NCBI GenBank assembly: GCA_964475385.1
Contig: CAYYWV010000001.1
Location: forward strand, 1 to 61,287
From: an uncultured Alphaproteobacteria bacterium
GTDB taxonomy: Bacteria > Pseudomonadota > Alphaproteobacteria > JAAXGF01
Length of the DNA: 61,287 nucleotides
Reading direction: 5' to 3'
The position numbers and the translations under genes are program-made. This document shows positions 17,168-25,172 of the stretch, piece after piece. The notes below the pieces were generated by a model that was not told the origin of the DNA, searched no databases, and was given only the letters and a program-made list of their open reading frames with translations. Within the stretch, counting starts at the first letter, position 1. Every line of letters starts with the position of its first letter.

Positions 17168-18190
17168 CTAGTAGGCCCGCTCGATGCAGAAGTCGACGAC
17201 CTCGCGCAGCACCGCCCGGGCCTCGTTGTCGGGGAAGATGTCGAGGGCGTCGCGGGCCACCTTGCCGTAGTGGCGCGCGCGCTCGACCGTATCGCGCAGC
17301 GCGCCCCGGCGTTGCATGAGCTCGACCGCGCGTTCGAGATCGCCCGGCCGGCGCTCGCCGTCCTCGAGCGTGCGCCGCCAGAAGGCGCGCTCCTCGGCAT
17401 TGCCGCGCCGAAAGGCGAGGACCACGGGAAGCGTGATCTTGCCGTCCTCGAAGTCGTCGCCCACGTGCTTGCCGAGGGTCGCTTGCTGGGCCGAGTAGTC
17501 GAGCACGTCGTCGATGAGCTGGAAGGCGATGCCGAGGTTCATGCCGTAGCTTTCGAGCGCCTCCTCCTCGAGCGTGGGGCGCTCGGCGACCACCGCGCCG
17601 AGCCGGCTCGCGGCGGCGAACAGGGTCGCGGTCTTCGAACGGATAACCTCGAGGTAAGCGGCCTCGCTGGTTTCGGTGTCGTTCGAGGTGACGAGTTGGA
17701 GCACCTCGCCTTCGGCGATCACCGCCGCGGCGTCCGAGAGGATCTTGAGCACCTTGAGCGAGCCGTCGCCGACCATGAGCTGAAAGGAGCGGCTGAACAG
17801 AAAGTCGCCGACCAGCACGCTCGGCTTGTTGCCCCAAAGCGCGTTGGCGGTCGCGGCGCCGCGCCGGAGGTCGCTCTTGTCGACCACGTCGTCGTGCAGC
17901 AGCGTCGCGGTGTGGATGAACTCGACGCAGGCGGCGAGCGCGATATGGCGGTCGCCATGGTAGCCGCAAAGGTTCGCCGCCGCGAGCGTCAGCATGGGTC
18001 TGAGGCGCTTCCCCCCCGAGGCGATGATGTGCCCCGCAAGGTGGGGGATGAGCGCGACCGGCGACTGCATGCGCTCGAGGATGAGCTGGTTGACGCGCGT
18101 CAGCTCTTCGGACACGAGAGCGTTGAGCCGATCCAGGGTGGGGCGTGGTCCTTTCGTATGCTCGCGCTCGAAATCGACGACAACCGCCAC
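17168..18190 (-). CDS. ispB: Polyprenyl (octaprenyl-type) diphosphate synthase
   Basis: Two Asp-rich motifs, LLHDDVVDKSDLRRG and FQLIDDVLDY. The GTG start at 18190 lies 5 nt behind GGGAGGA and gives 340 aa. Confidence 0.85.
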   Translation of the reverse strand: MAVVVDFEREHTKGPRPTLDRLNALVSEELTRVNQLILERMQSPVALIPHLAGHIIASGGKRLRPMLTLAAANLCGYHGDRHIALAACVEFIHTATLLHDDVVDKSDLRRGAATANALWGNKPSVLVGDFLFSRSFQLMVGDGSLKVLKILSDAAAVIAEGEVLQLVTSNDTETSEAAYLEVIRSKTATLFAAASRLGAVVAERPTLEEEALESYGMNLGIAFQLIDDVLDYSAQQATLGKHVGDDFEDGKITLPVVLAFRRGNAEERAFWRRTLEDGERRPGDLERAVELMQRRGALRDTVERARHYGKVARDALDIFPDNEARAVLREVVDFCIERAY

Positions 18191-18363
18191 GGTATCCTCC
18201 CTCACGTCGGGCGCATGCGCCCGATGGTCCCTACAAAACCGGTCCCATTGCCCGTCACACGCTTGGTGAAGCTGCTTGACGCAGTCGCTGCACGAGGCGA
18301 GCATGGATGCGCGTTGCGCGCTAGTCTATCAGACTGTTGCCCTTAGGAAAGCGCCGAATACCT

Positions 18364-18582
18364 ATGGTCGAGATCCTGCGGACCAACGATGCGGTCGAAT
18401 TGTCTTGGGCGATGGCGCTGCTCGCCGACGCGGCGATCCCGGCGGTCGTGCTCGACGGACACACCAGCGTGCTCGAAGGCAGCATCGGCGCGTTGCCCCG
18501 GCGGCTGATGGTGGACGACGCCGATCTCATTCGGGCCCGGCGCCTGCTCAGCGATGCCGGGATCGCGCTCTCCCACGGCTGA
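18364..18582 (+). CDS. DUF2007-type small protein (putative signal-transducing protein fold)
   Basis: MVEILRTNDAVELSWAMALLADAAIPAVVLD...DDADLIRARRLL matches the family. The ispB / DUF2007 / methyltransferase arrangement is recurrent in Alphaproteobacteria. Confidence 0.65.
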   Translation: MVEILRTNDAVELSWAMALLADAAIPAVVLDGHTSVLEGSIGALPRRLMVDDADLIRARRLLSDAGIALSHG

Positions 18583-19360
18583 TCCCCCTCTGCCCGCCGT
18601 GACCGAGACTCCGGCCCCGCCCGCAACCACCGAGGACAGGCTGCTCGATGGTCGGGTGCGGCTGATCCAACCGGCGAAAGGCTTCCGCGCGGCGATCGAT
18701 TCGGTCCTGCTCGCGGCCGCCGTTCCGGCGCGGGCGGGGGAAACCGTGCTCGACGTCGGCGCCGGCGTAGGCGCGGCCTCGCTCTGTTTGGCCGCGCGGG
18801 CGCCCGACTGCCGCATCTTCGGCATCGAGATCGCCCGCGATCTTGTCCGGCTCGCGGGCGAGAACGCGCGTCTTAACGGTTGGAACCAGCGGGTTACGAT
18901 CATGACGGGCGACCTGACGAACCCGCCGCCCCGGCTTGCCGCCGGAAGCTTTCAGCACGTCATGGCCAACCCGCCTTATCTTGCGCCCGAGCGGGCCGAT
19001 CCCTCGCCGGTCGCGGCCCGGGCGACGGCGGCGGTCGAAGGGCGCGGCCGGCTCGCCGATTGGATCGGCTTCTGCCTTGCGATGCTGGCCCCGCGCGGCA
19101 GCGTCACCATTATTCACCGCGCCGATCGTTTGGCCGAGCTTCTCGCGCTTCTCGGCCCGCGCACGGGCGGGATCGTCGTTTTTCCCTTGTGGCCCGGCCG
19201 CGACGGCGACCGCCCGGCCAAAAGAGTGATCGTTCAGGCGCGCAAAGGCTCGTCCGCGCCGCTCAAGCTTCTGCCCGGCCTGGCTCTCCACGACGCCGCC
19301 GGGAGCTATACCGACGAAGCCGAGGCGATCCTGCGCCACGGGGCGGCGCTTGCCCTATGA
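18554..19360 (+). CDS. SAM-dependent N6-adenine-type methyltransferase (NPPY motif; TrmN6/YfiC-like)
   Basis: SAM motif VLDVGAGVGAASL and catalytic MANPPY. The start is uncertain: the ATG at 18554 overlaps the previous gene by 29 nt, and a GTG near 18599 is possible. Confidence 0.7.
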   Translation: MPGSRSPTADPPLPAVTETPAPPATTEDRLLDGRVRLIQPAKGFRAAIDSVLLAAAVPARAGETVLDVGAGVGAASLCLAARAPDCRIFGIEIARDLVRLAGENARLNGWNQRVTIMTGDLTNPPPRLAAGSFQHVMANPPYLAPERADPSPVAARATAAVEGRGRLADWIGFCLAMLAPRGSVTIIHRADRLAELLALLGPRTGGIVVFPLWPGRDGDRPAKRVIVQARKGSSAPLKLLPGLALHDAAGSYTDEAEAILRHGAALAL

Positions 19361-19402
19361 CAGCGAAGGGAAAGCGGGAAAGGGTTTGAACCCGACCGAG
19401 GT

Positions 19403-20851
19403 TTAAGCGGCCGGGCGGGTGTCGAGCTCGGACTGGGCGCTGTCTGCCGGCCGGGATGAAGGGGTCTGGGCCGAGCTCGGCCAGAAGACGACGCGGACCG
19501 TCTGGAGGAGAATAAGAATGTCGAGCATGATGTTGAAGTTCTTCATGTAATAAAGATCATACTCGAGCTTGCGCCGAGCGTCCTCGACCGAAGCGCCGTA
19601 CGGGTACTTGATCTGGGCCCAGCCGGTGATCCCCGGCTTCACCCGATGCCGTTCCGCGTAATAGGGGATCTCCTTGGCGAGCTGCTCGACGAAGTAGGGG
19701 CGCTCGGGCCGCGGCCCGACGCAGCTCATCTCCCCTTTGAGGACGTTGATGACCTGAGGGATCTCGTCGATCCGCGTCTTGCGAATGAAGGCGCCGACCC
19801 GCGTGATGCGACCGTCGTTCTCCGTCGCCCAGCGCGGCGTGCCATCGCTTTCGGCGTCGAGGGCCATGCTCCGGAACTTGAGAAGCATGAACCGCCGTCC
19901 GCCAAGGCCGACGCGCTCCTGGCGGTAGAAGATCGGCCCTGGGCTGTCGAGGCGAATCGCGATCGCGGTCGCGATCAGAAGCGGCAGGGTGAACAGAAGG
20001 AGCGACGCGCTCACGGTCAGATCGCAAAGGCGCTTGAGCGCGGTCCTGAGCAGGTTGTCGGAGAAACCGTCGGAGAAGATCAGCCAGCTCGGGTTCAACG
20101 ACTCGATATCGACCCGTCCGGTCTCGCGCTCCCAGAAGGTCGAGTACTGAATCACATTGAGGCCGTTGAGCTTGCAAGCGAGCAACGCCTCGGTCGGAAG
20201 CTGACGGCGGCAGTCGTCGACCGCGACGAGAATCTGGTCGACATGACGCTTTCGGGCGAAGGCGGCGAGATTGGGGACCGCCGAAATCACCCGTGTCTGC
20301 GAGACGCAAAGGGGTTCACCGTCGCCGGTCGCCAGGAACCCGACCACGGTAAAGCTTGCGCCATTCTGAGCTTCGAGCGCCTCGATCCGCGCCGCCCGTT
20401 TCCCCGCCCCGATGACCAAGACGCGCTGTTTGAAGCGGTCGAAGCGAATGAACCGTTCGGCGACGAGGCGGGAGGTCGCGATCCCGACCGAGGCGAGCAT
20501 GAGCGCGATTAAAAGCGCGCTCCGCCAGATCGTGATCGTTGGAAACAGGTAGAAGATCAGCGAGAAGACGATCAGCGCTAGCACCGTAGCGGTGGCAAGC
20601 CGAATAAAAACGGCGCGCAGGTTGTGGAGGAACTCGCGCTGATAAAGCCCGAGCGCAAGCAATATCACCCCGAAGACGCTGGTGAAGAGCGCGATCTCGG
20701 GCAGGAACGAAGCCGTTTCCCATGTCATGTTGGCGGCCACGACATATCGGATGAGAAGGGCCGCCGTGATCGCGGCGAGGAGAATCGCAAATTCGCCCGC
20801 GACGAGCAGCAGGATCGAGATCGGGATGTACTGTTTGAAGACCCGTATCAT
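19403..20851 (-). CDS. Polyprenyl-phosphate glycosyl-1-phosphate (priming) sugar transferase, exopolysaccharide / PEP-CTERM-associated type
   Basis: N-terminus MIRVFKQYIPISILLLVAGEF with about 5 TM helices. C-terminal bacterial sugar transferase domain (LLKFRSM, RIDEIPQVINVLKGEMSCVGPRPERP, KPGITGWAQI). The 128 upstream codons of the track ORF are Arg-rich and look non-coding. Confidence 0.85.
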   Translation of the reverse strand: MIRVFKQYIPISILLLVAGEFAILLAAITAALLIRYVVAANMTWETASFLPEIALFTSVFGVILLALGLYQREFLHNLRAVFIRLATATVLALIVFSLIFYLFPTITIWRSALLIALMLASVGIATSRLVAERFIRFDRFKQRVLVIGAGKRAARIEALEAQNGASFTVVGFLATGDGEPLCVSQTRVISAVPNLAAFARKRHVDQILVAVDDCRRQLPTEALLACKLNGLNVIQYSTFWERETGRVDIESLNPSWLIFSDGFSDNLLRTALKRLCDLTVSASLLLFTLPLLIATAIAIRLDSPGPIFYRQERVGLGGRRFMLLKFRSMALDAESDGTPRWATENDGRITRVGAFIRKTRIDEIPQVINVLKGEMSCVGPRPERPYFVEQLAKEIPYYAERHRVKPGITGWAQIKYPYGASVEDARRKLEYDLYYMKNFNIMLDILILLQTVRVVFWPSSAQTPSSRPADSAQSELDTRPAA

Positions 20852-21235
20852 ACCGCGCGCGCCATGTGCGCCCCACTCTCCAGCGTCGTCATCTCCCGCG
20901 TCTTCGGCTCTATTTCTGGCGGGACGACCGAATGCCGAGGCGACAGACGTCGCCGGCTCGACATATCGCGATCTTCTCGACAGTCGAAAACCGGATCGAA
21001 CACGCTGTGCGCCTCCCCCTCTACTGCGCAAGCTCTTCAGGCCGTATGGCCTCTTAAACGCGAAACGATGCCGCCGGCGCTCGATTCCGCGCGCGGCTGA
21101 CAGTGTGGTCTTTCCAACCTGGCGAGGTCCGTATCCGTTCCCGGTATCGGGAGCGTGTGTCCTCCGTCCCTCGTGCCTTCGGGGCCTACGCCCGATCGCT
21201 TCGTCGAGCGCCCTCCGGCTTCTCAACGAAAGCAA

Positions 21236-21251
21236 TGCAAGAATCGCGCCA
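21236..21251 (-). promoter_or_regulatory. Sigma-54 (-24/-12) promoter TGGCGCGATTCTTGCA upstream of the sugar transferase gene
   Basis: The reverse complement of gcaagaatcgcgcca-type + strand sequence reads TGGCGCG-ATTC-TTGCA. It matches TGGCACG-N4-TTGCW at all but one position. Confidence 0.6.
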
Positions 21252-21324
21252 GACGACGGCTTTGGCCTGATTTCAAGAGGTTATGTCTTGGCGCCGACTG
21301 GAATGATGCCGAGGTTCCGCAAAA

Positions 21325-21341
21325 CTGTAAAGTATTCCGAC
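21325..21341 (-). promoter_or_regulatory. Repeated 17-mer GTCGGAATACTTTACAG (candidate enhancer/UAS), 74 nt upstream of the sigma-54 promoter
   Basis: One of three copies of GTCGGAAWANTTTACAR in the window (see 21535 and 23702). Confidence 0.45.
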
Positions 21342-21534
21342 TCATGGGCTGTCGGGATGTCTATTCTTGATGGCAATAAATACAGAGAAAGCATATAGAT
21401 ATGGAACTTATTCGATGTGTTCTCATATTAACCATATCTGAGAGGAGATGGCGTCCTGGCGGCCCAGGAACGGCTGCGGGCGCGAATCGGGGTGCGGGTC
21501 CAATCAGTTAGACCGATTGGGTCGATCCCTGGAA

Positions 21535-21551
21535 TTGTAAAATTTTCCGAC
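21535..21551 (-). promoter_or_regulatory. Repeated 17-mer GTCGGAAAATTTTACAA (candidate distal enhancer/UAS)
   Basis: Third copy of the motif, same orientation as the 21325 copy, about 285 nt upstream of the minus-strand sigma-54 promoter. Confidence 0.4.
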
Positions 21552-21574
21552 ACCTGGGCGATGCGGCGCGTGTT

Positions 21575-22192
21575 TTACGAGGTCGGCTTCGCGATTTGGA
21601 TGTGATTCACCACCCGCTCGACCCCGTCGGTCTTCCGGATTTGGGCGAGCACGCGTTCGAGCTCGCTGCGGTCCCGGGCGGCGCCGATCAGATAGACGAC
21701 CCCGTTGACCGAGCGCACCCGGTAGTTCGCGGACCGAATGCGTTCGTCAAGGAACAGCGCCGACTGGATCGTCTTCTCGATCAGGACATCGTTGACGAAG
21801 CCCATGATCCCGTTGCCGTCGGCCACCTGGATGTCGTTGATGAGCTCGCGCACGCCTTCGATGCCGGCGGCGAGCGTGGCCGCCCGCGCCTTCGCCGCCG
21901 GGGTTTCGACGCTGCCCAGAAGCAGCACGCGCCCCTTGTAGACCACCGTCGAGACGTTCTTGAACAGATCGATGTCGGCTTCGAACAGGGCCTGGTTGAG
22001 CTTGATCTTGATCGCGTTGTCGCTGATCACCTCGTCGGCGGTCCGCTTTTCGCTTGCCGTGTACCCGGCGTCGGCCACGAGCCCGGTCGCGGTCGAGAAC
22101 GGAACGCAGGCGCCCGCCATCGGCGCGAGCGCGAGCGCGACGAGAAGCATCCGGAATTTCTTAACAGAATTTTTCCCCATCTGGCCGACCAT
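21575..22192 (-). CDS. BON-domain (OsmY-like) periplasmic/lipoprotein, two BON repeats
   Basis: Signal/lipobox-like MLLVALALAPMAGAC. Two BON repeats (VVYKGRVLLLGSVETP..., VNGVVYLIGAARD...). The start is ambiguous: TTG 22219, or ATG at 22192, 22180 or 22150. Confidence 0.75.
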   Translation of the reverse strand: MVGQMGKNSVKKFRMLLVALALAPMAGACVPFSTATGLVADAGYTASEKRTADEVISDNAIKIKLNQALFEADIDLFKNVSTVVYKGRVLLLGSVETPAAKARAATLAAGIEGVRELINDIQVADGNGIMGFVNDVLIEKTIQSALFLDERIRSANYRVRSVNGVVYLIGAARDRSELERVLAQIRKTDGVERVVNHIQIAKPTS

Positions 22193-22311
22193 CACGTAAG
22201 GTTGTTTGCGTTTTTTCAAGGCCTGGACCGCAAATGCGGCGATCGCATCGCGGAACCGGGAAGGGATCGTAGCGAAAGAGGCCTGAAAGCAGGGTATCGA
22301 AGAGGTGCGAC

Positions 22312-22884
22312 ATGGCCGAGGTCAGACGTTGGCTCGTTCTCATCCTTCTCGCCGCCGGGCTGGCGCTCGGCCCAGGCTTGCGCGCCGGCGCGGCCGAGGA
22401 TGGCACCTTCGACAAGAACGAGATCTACGACGAGGCCGCTCGGTTCTTCGGCGAAACCACCGAAGGGCTCGCCAAGGTCATCGAGAAGATCTTCGAAGAC
22501 GAAGGACGCCCCAACGCCTTCATCACCGGCGAAGAGGGATCGGGCGCGATCGGGATCGGCCTCCGCTACGGCAAGGGCAAGCTCCATCGCAAGGGCGGTC
22601 CCGCCGTACCGGTCTACTGGCAGGGGCCGTCGATCGGCTTCGACGTCGGCGGCGACGCCTCCAAGGTCTTCGTGCTGGTGTACAACCTCGAACGCACCGC
22701 CGATCTCTTCCAGCGTTTCCCGTCGGTCGACGGGCGGCTCTACTTCATCGCAGGCGTCAGCGCGAACATCCAGCGCGCGGGCGAGATTACGCTGGCGCCG
22801 ATCCGCACCGGCGTCGGCCTGCGCGCGGGCGCGAACGTCGGCTACACCCACTACACCCGCAAGCATTCCTGGGTGCCGTTTTGA
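22312..22884 (+). CDS. DUF1134-family secreted protein (EipA-like envelope-integrity protein)
   Basis: Signal peptide, then ITGEEGSGAIGIGLRYGKGKL, YWQGPSIGFDVGGDASKVFVLVYNL, PIRTGVGLRAGANVGY. Colinear with DUF1134 proteins as I remember them. Confidence 0.75.
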   Translation: MAEVRRWLVLILLAAGLALGPGLRAGAAEDGTFDKNEIYDEAARFFGETTEGLAKVIEKIFEDEGRPNAFITGEEGSGAIGIGLRYGKGKLHRKGGPAVPVYWQGPSIGFDVGGDASKVFVLVYNLERTADLFQRFPSVDGRLYFIAGVSANIQRAGEITLAPIRTGVGLRAGANVGYTHYTRKHSWVPF

Positions 22885-22940
22885 TCGGAATTTGATCGGC
22901 GCGCAAGAGGCCATCGCGCACAAGTTCTCGTTTCAATCAG

Positions 22941-22964
22941 GAGGGCGCGGCGCGCCGCGCCCTC
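22941..22964. terminator. Perfect 24-nt GC palindrome after the DUF1134 gene (terminator-like hairpin)
   Basis: gagggcgcggcg/cgccgcgccctc. No clear U-tract follows. Confidence 0.4.
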
Positions 22965-23152
22965 GGCATCCGGAAGCCTACTCAAGAACAATTAACCTAT
23001 AGTTTACTTCCACACAGATCATTAATTGTATTTTTTATGGCATTTCAACTTAATTTTCAACAATAAATATTGATGTTGTTCTTTCTTCCTGGGCATGGCG
23101 GACAAGGACGCAGCTTGGCCCTCCGACGGCCGGACGCGAGACGGATGAGCGA

Positions 23153-23452
23153 ATGAGAGACGGGGCGGAAACCGGCCTCGGCCCGGGCGCGGGCGCGCGC
23201 GGAACGCTTACGAAGGCCGTGCGCGGGCCGCTGCTCGCCGGCGGTCTTGCGCTTCTCGCGCTGCTCGGGGCCTGCGCGTCCGGGGTGGTCTCGGCCGATT
23301 CGTCTGGGATCGCGATCGAGCACGACGAGACCAGCCCCGACCCGGCGATCGCCGCCGACAAGCACTGCGCGCAGTTCGGCAAGAAGGCGCAGCTCATCGC
23401 GGTCGAGCCGATGACCTTCGTCAGCCAGATCTACTACTTCGGCTGCGTCTGA
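23153..23452 (+). CDS. Small putative lipoprotein
   Basis: Lipobox LALLALLGAC followed by a roughly 55-aa mature part ending in YYFGCV. No family recognised. The start is uncertain. Confidence 0.4.
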   Translation: MRDGAETGLGPGAGARGTLTKAVRGPLLAGGLALLALLGACASGVVSADSSGIAIEHDETSPDPAIAADKHCAQFGKKAQLIAVEPMTFVSQIYYFGCV

Positions 23453-23701
23453 TACCTGCGGCTGCACTGGACGAGAGGGCAAGCCTGCTTCCCCGGCGCC
23501 GCGCCTCGGCTTCGACTTCAAAAGCCGGTCCCCCGGTTGCCTGGGGCCCGGGCGCCGGGAGGCGGGTGTCGAAATCCTTTACAAGGGGTGGTGTCGCGTC
23601 GGACATGCCGCGGCCGCAAATAACCATACAAAAATAAAAGAGAAAAGCGCTGTCCGCTGCTCTCGAGGGGGATTTTCCTCCGGCGACTGGGGCAATGGAC
23701 T

Positions 23702-23718
23702 GTCGGAAAAGTTTACAG
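23702..23718 (+). promoter_or_regulatory. Repeated 17-mer GTCGGAAAAGTTTACAG (candidate enhancer/UAS), 62 nt upstream of the sigma-54 promoter
   Basis: Same motif as 21325 and 21535, oriented towards the PEP-CTERM gene. Confidence 0.45.
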
Positions 23719-23779
23719 GTTCTCTCGTCCTTATGCGACGTTCTTCGATAACCCTTTGAGAAAAAAGAGAGACCAAAAT

Positions 23780-23795
23780 TGGCCCGATTCTTGCA
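23780..23795 (+). promoter_or_regulatory. Sigma-54 (-24/-12) promoter TGGCCCGATTCTTGCA upstream of the PEP-CTERM protein gene
   Basis: Read directly as ttggcccgattcttgca. One mismatch to TGGCACG-N4-TTGCW. It lies 155 nt before the ATG at 23950. Confidence 0.6.
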
Positions 23796-23949
23796 AGGGT
23801 TAATGTGGGGGCTTTGTCCGCGACGAAGGGCACTCCGGGAGCGGGGAGAGAGAGCAGGGAGAACGCCCGTCGGGTGAAGGCTTCGCTTCGAAACGATGGC
23901 AATGGCCGGGTCCATGGCGAGAGACAATGATCTTTCGGAGGGAACGGAT

Positions 23950-25059
23950 ATGCGTGCGACGAGGATTTTTAGAGACCTGCGTGTATTCGTCGGGGTCGTC
24001 TTGGGGGCGTTCATCGCCCTACCTGCGCAGGCAGGGCCCATAGACGCCGCCGCCGATTGGCTTCTTACTCAGCAAACGGCCTCGGGCGGATTCCCTTGGA
24101 CGCCGGGGGGCGCGGTCACCAACAACACGCAAGGCGCTACGGCGCTCGGGCTCATCGGCGCGTATCAGGCGACCGGCAACGCCGCCTATCTCAATGCGGC
24201 CAAGAGCAACGGCGACTACATTTTGTCGCCCGCTTACAGCCATTATTCGGACGGCGATCCGCGTTTCTCGACTCACGATCCGATGTTTCTTGAGGTTCTC
24301 AGCGCGGTGACGGGCGATTCGAGCTACGCCGATTTCACGCAAACCAACTTCTGGGACAAGCTGTCGGCCGGCGTGTACGGGGAAGGAAACGACCTCGATG
24401 CGGCGGGCTTCGCCAACGCCGTGATCACCGGGCGAACGAACCAGGGAATCGTCGAGCTTTCGCCTTGGGATTTGTCCAAGGCCGCGATCGGCGCTCACAT
24501 CGCCGGCGAGACCGCGGCCCGAGACGCCTTCATGAACGGCATTCTGACCGGCCTCGAATCGACGACGGCGAGCGACAACACCTATGATCTTTTCGGTCTT
24601 TCGGGCGCCATCTGGGCCTCGGCCGTGACCGGGATCGACCTCGACCCGACCGCCGGGCGCTGGGCGGCTGCGAACTCGACCGCCGATCTCGCCGCCGAGT
24701 TGATCAACTACATCAACGCCGACGGCGGATGGATTTGGGGCACGGCCGCCGATATTAACGATCTGTCCAACGGGGACGTCCAACAGACCGCGTTTTCGAT
24801 CCTGGCCCTGGCCGCGCTTGATCCGGCGGCTTACGCCTCTCAGATCAGCGGCGGCAGGGCTTTCATCGCGGGGTTGCAGCAGCCGTCCGGACAAATCCTG
24901 ATCTATCCGGGCGCCGCGCCCGGAGCCTCGGGAAGCGTCGAGGTCCAAGGCGAAGCGCTCTACGCCCTGGCGGTTACGGTCCCTGAGCCCGCGACGGTCG
25001 CGCTCTTCGTCGTCGGCCTTGCGGGTCTCGGTTTCCTGCGGCGTCGCGGCGACGCCTGA
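23950..25059 (+). CDS. PEP-CTERM-anchored secreted protein with prenyltransferase/squalene-cyclase-like (alpha/alpha toroid) repeats
   Basis: Signal peptide. Repeats of the type DWLLTQQTASGGFPW, YINADGGWIWG, AGLQQPSGQILIYPG. C-terminal sorting signal VPEPATVALFVVGLAGLGFLRRRGDA. The ATG at 23950 is preceded by GGAGGG. Confidence 0.8.
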   Translation: MRATRIFRDLRVFVGVVLGAFIALPAQAGPIDAAADWLLTQQTASGGFPWTPGGAVTNNTQGATALGLIGAYQATGNAAYLNAAKSNGDYILSPAYSHYSDGDPRFSTHDPMFLEVLSAVTGDSSYADFTQTNFWDKLSAGVYGEGNDLDAAGFANAVITGRTNQGIVELSPWDLSKAAIGAHIAGETAARDAFMNGILTGLESTTASDNTYDLFGLSGAIWASAVTGIDLDPTAGRWAAANSTADLAAELINYINADGGWIWGTAADINDLSNGDVQQTAFSILALAALDPAAYASQISGGRAFIAGLQQPSGQILIYPGAAPGASGSVEVQGEALYALAVTVPEPATVALFVVGLAGLGFLRRRGDA

Positions 25060-25087
25060 GAGGGTCCGTCTCCAAAGGGAAGGGCGG

Positions 25088-25117
25088 CCTTATCCGTTCC
25101 GCCCTTATCCGTTCCGC
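25088..25117. repeat. Perfect 15-bp tandem duplication (ccttatccgttccgc x2)
   Basis: Read directly, in the spacer between the PEP-CTERM gene and tRNA-Asn. Confidence 0.9.
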
Positions 25118-25172
25118 AGTGTCGCCGGGCCTTCGCCGGCGCTCTCGCGCTGGGCCGAAGGCGAACTGCGAA

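Noticed and set aside
20852-21235. 128-codon N-terminal extension of the sugar transferase ORF
   Set aside because: The sequence is Arg-rich and looks non-coding. The predicted sigma-54 start site lies downstream of that ATG. The family-typical N-terminus MIRVFKQY begins at 20851.
21402-21512. Possible 36-codon ORF (MELIRCVLILTISERR...) in the AT-rich island
   Set aside because: It has no clear Shine-Dalgarno sequence, its composition switches from AT-rich to GC-rich shadow-like sequence, and I cannot assess conservation. There is not enough evidence to call a gene.
23576-23615. A possible fourth copy of the 17-mer (tttacaa ... gtcgga)
   Set aside because: The two half-elements occur in the reverse order and 16 nt apart, so this is not the same motif.
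23579-23902. 107-aa minus-strand ORF inside the AT-rich leader of the PEP-CTERM gene
   Set aside because: It has no family resemblance or ribosome-binding site. It overlaps the sigma-54 promoter and one 17-mer, so the region is better explained as regulatory DNA.
25088-25117. Tandem 15-bp repeat considered as a CRISPR or minisatellite array
   Set aside because: There are only two adjacent copies with no spacers, and no cas genes. It is not a CRISPR array.
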